A stretch of DNA of 38,096 bases from a virus (taxonomy: Duplodnaviria > Caudoviricetes). Numbering within the stretch: the stretch's first letter is position 1; every line of letters begins with the position of its first letter. Positions 35,419 to 38,096 of the stretch are shown here, in pieces. Both the position numbers and the translations under genes were made by a program. The stretch covers positions 1 to 38,096 of the IMG/VR virus record IMGVR_UViG_3300020042_006745; one strand, 5' to 3'. The notes under the pieces were generated by a model. The model had not been told where the DNA came from, ran no database searches, and worked only from the letters and a program-made list of their open reading frames with translations.

Positions 35419-35928
35419 TTAGTGTTGAATGTTTAATTTAAAATATAACTCTCTGTATGCTTGTCTAGGTTGTGGGTATCCAAGTTCCTCCATCCTCTCA
35501 ACGAAGTATTGGATAACCATCCTGTCTTTCCAAGATGTCTCCATCGTATTTTCAAACATCTTAATACCATGCAAAATAGTACCATGTGTTTTATGTTCAA
35601 ACTCGTTACCAATACCCTCTAATGTTACAGGTAGTGTTTTATACATTATCCAATACACCAATTGCCTATAAAGAATATTTTCTCTCTTTCTGTTCTTCTC
35701 TCCTGTAGCGTTATAAACTTTTAAGGCAATATCTTTTACGAGGTCAATGTAGTTCCTCATGTTAGTGCCGATAGCAACATTGTGAATCACATGGCTAAAT
35801 TTATCAGCCTCTTCTTTTAGGTGAGGGACGTAAAGGATTAAATCACTAATAAATCTTTCCTTACGATCATTTGGCACATACTCTAGGATGTCTCCAAAAT
35901 GAATCTTCTTTTCCGCTTGAACTTCCAT
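35419..35928 (-). CDS. Protein with DnaA C-terminal (domain IV)-like HTH
   Basis: RKRENILYRQLVYWIM...TLEGIGNEFEHKTHGTILHGIK parallels the DnaA domain IV pattern R...RQ.AMYL...SL..IG..F..RDHTTVLHA. Confidence 0.75.
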   Translation of the reverse strand: MEVQAEKKIHFGDILEYVPNDRKERFISDLILYVPHLKEEADKFSHVIHNVAIGTNMRNYIDLVKDIALKVYNATGEKNRKRENILYRQLVYWIMYKTLPVTLEGIGNEFEHKTHGTILHGIKMFENTMETSWKDRMVIQYFVERMEELGYPQPRQAYRELYFKLNIQH

Positions 35929-35939
35929 TTTTGTTTTTG

Positions 35940-36368
35940 TTATTGTTTTAGGTTATTAAAAATTTCTTGAACTTGTTCTAATGTGTGTTGTTGGATAAAG
36001 TCCCAGTAGACGAACTTATACAGATTTTGAAAATATTTGCGTTTGTAATTTTCAGAGTTGATCGGCTTGTCGAGGCCAAGTTCTTTACAAGTCCTCTTAC
36101 TCGCTTTAGTTTTAATTTCATCCTTTACTTCTTTAGATATAATGTTATTGTTTCGCAAATATCGAACATTCTTTTCACAAAATCCAAATAAAACTTCGAC
36201 TATTTCAACATATTTTTTATCAACACAGATATAAACAGCCTCAATGTTTTCGTAAAACGCTTCTTTTGAACCAATTAACTCACCATCTTTTAATTTAGTA
36301 ATTGCTAATTGTCGAAGGCCATACTGAAAAGAAGGATCAGAATGGTATGTCTTCGTCTTCATATTCAT
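35940..36368 (-). CDS. Hypothetical protein
   Basis: 142 aa. Confidence 0.55.
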   Translation of the reverse strand: MNMKTKTYHSDPSFQYGLRQLAITKLKDGELIGSKEAFYENIEAVYICVDKKYVEIVEVLFGFCEKNVRYLRNNNIISKEVKDEIKTKASKRTCKELGLDKPINSENYKRKYFQNLYKFVYWDFIQQHTLEQVQEIFNNLKQ

Positions 36369-38082
36369 GCTGTCTTGTTTCGTACTCGTCTAATAGTATT
36401 CCGTTACTATCATCTCCAATCTCTGAAAACCTTTTTGTTTTTACATCGTACACAAAAGGAACTTCTCCAACCCTTCCTATGAAGGACCAACGAATCTTTT
36501 GGATGTTGATCAGGGTTTGCCCAGAAACATAGTCTCGGTAAGCAACAAATCCGTTATCACACTTGTTGAAGAAGTGAGCAGATCCGGCTATATCATAAAG
36601 AGTAGGCATTACATAAACTCCGTTCTCTTTCCTGATCTTTGTTGGGTGAGCAATAACAAATACATGGACTCCGTAACGATCCTTAAATCTTTTAACCTTT
36701 GTGAGTGCCTCTGATATGTATTGCGTCTCACTCATTCCCTTTGGAACCTGGTGTTCAACATAGTTCCAAGGATCTATCACAAGGCAATTGATTCCACTCC
36801 TCTTTACAAGTTCAGCGGCCTTGTCTAGGATACCGTCAATGGTCACGTCCATCTCATCAATCTTCATGAAGTAGAAGAACTCCTCTACAAAATCACGAGC
36901 CTTGTCAACTTCCTCTTGGCTCATCTTTGCTGTCGGCACAAAAGAGAAGAAAGGCTTCCCAATAAATATTTCAGCAAGTTCAGAAAAAAGTATCTCTGTG
37001 GGTTGCTTTTCTGGGGAAAACATTGCTATCTTCCACGAATGTTTCGCAGACAATCTGACAAGTAAATTGTTCAGAAAAGTTGACTTTCCTGCGTTGGGTG
37101 TTCCTGTAATAATGGTGAACTCTGAGCCTCGAAACGAGATATGTTCATCAAACTGATTAAACCCTGCTTTCAGCCCATGAGGAAACCCATTAAGATATAT
37201 GTCCGTTATTTTTTCCTTTACGTCATTTACCTTCTCAATGCCTTCTATTGGAATTTGGTAGGCTTCGGCCACAACCTTCTGAAGAAGCTCTACTCCGTAA
37301 TTAACTAGGATCTCATTAGCGTCCTTACATCCATCGGGGATGTTGACATACCAAATCTTTTCTCGACCAAGTCTTCGGGTTAACTCCTCACGAAGAGAGA
37401 GTCCTGCTGAGTCGTTGTCGGTAAAAATGATTACCTTCTCCTTGTCCGCAAATGCGTCAATACAATTGTCAAGATACTTGAGGTTTTGATTTCCTTTTGT
37501 TGCTCCATTAGGAACGCTTACAACAGGGTAAATTTGAGACTCCTCCAAAGATAGAGCGTCCATTTCACCTTCAACGATTACACACCAATCATAGCCCTCT
37601 ATGGAGTTCAGATTGTATAGAATCAACTCGGCATCCTTAACCATCCGAAAATTCTTTGCTGCATCACGATACTTGATGTTAACCAAATCGTTTCCTCTGA
37701 AGTAGTTGAAGCAGATAGCATTTCTGTTCTCACCTGCTTGTGGGAAGTAACACTCCTCTTCGGTAACCTTGAGTTTCAATAAAGTGTTGTTGGATATTCC
37801 TCTCTTCTCAAACCATGAGAGGACCTTGTCGCTCACCTTCTGAAGTTTTGATACTGGAACAAAGTACTCAACCTTTCGGTCCGACTTGTTCACGCTCTTA
37901 CCCATGAAGGATTCGCAGTTTGGGTAGTGGCACTTATACACTCCTAACTCGACATTCACCGAAAGACTCTTGTCCTTCTTGTTACTTCTCGTGTCTTTGC
38001 AGAACGGACAGTTTACTTTTTGTTGTGCCGAGGTATCCTTGCAGACAATTCCAAGGGCAGATAATTTTTGGTAGTTGCTCAT
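36337..38082 (-). CDS. Primase-helicase (T7 gp4/Twinkle-like)
   Basis: N-terminal Zn-binding CPFC...CHYPNC, TOPRIM EGEMD and DNDSAG, Walker A GTPNAGKST, VIDPWN, VIAHP and DIAGSAHF. Confidence 0.93.
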   Translation of the reverse strand: MSNYQKLSALGIVCKDTSAQQKVNCPFCKDTRSNKKDKSLSVNVELGVYKCHYPNCESFMGKSVNKSDRKVEYFVPVSKLQKVSDKVLSWFEKRGISNNTLLKLKVTEEECYFPQAGENRNAICFNYFRGNDLVNIKYRDAAKNFRMVKDAELILYNLNSIEGYDWCVIVEGEMDALSLEESQIYPVVSVPNGATKGNQNLKYLDNCIDAFADKEKVIIFTDNDSAGLSLREELTRRLGREKIWYVNIPDGCKDANEILVNYGVELLQKVVAEAYQIPIEGIEKVNDVKEKITDIYLNGFPHGLKAGFNQFDEHISFRGSEFTIITGTPNAGKSTFLNNLLVRLSAKHSWKIAMFSPEKQPTEILFSELAEIFIGKPFFSFVPTAKMSQEEVDKARDFVEEFFYFMKIDEMDVTIDGILDKAAELVKRSGINCLVIDPWNYVEHQVPKGMSETQYISEALTKVKRFKDRYGVHVFVIAHPTKIRKENGVYVMPTLYDIAGSAHFFNKCDNGFVAYRDYVSGQTLINIQKIRWSFIGRVGEVPFVYDVKTKRFSEIGDDSNGILLDEYETRQHEYEDEDIPF

Positions 38083-38096
38083 ATTTTATTGAAAAA

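Noticed and set aside
1-38096. Alternative genetic code, tRNA genes, integrase or IS elements
   Set aside because: Standard-code ORFs tile the window with coupled starts and stops. No cloverleaf, recombinase or transposase motifs were recognised.

Overview
This window is a fragment of a tailed dsDNA phage genome. The host is most likely a Bacteroidota (Flavobacteria-like) bacterium: there are many TAnnTTTG promoters, several with TTTG 19-21 nt upstream, A-rich translation starts without Shine-Dalgarno sequences, and a signal peptide ending before Gln. From left to right it carries: (1) a 5'-truncated giant polyvalent, probably virion-ejected protein with a zincin HExxH domain and an ART-like domain; (2) ferritin, a YkuD-like putative lysin, two holin-like genes and a repeat-rich tail fibre; (3) HNH, RusA, GroES-like, spanin-like, YqaJ exonuclease and RecT genes; (4) a ~7 kb minus-strand operon of small acidic, probably early host-takeover ORFs that is almost free of GATC; (5) a ~1 kb non-coding region with tandem DnaA-box-like repeats, a candidate origin or terminus; (6) a cluster of small Lys/Arg-rich proteins; (7) a replication and nucleotide module with a PAPS-reductase-like protein, an NTP pyrophosphohydrolase, a DnaA C-terminal-like HTH protein and a Twinkle/T7 gp4-type primase-helicase. 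All calls come from motif recognition by eye; no database searches were run. No tRNA, rRNA, CRISPR array or IS element was seen.
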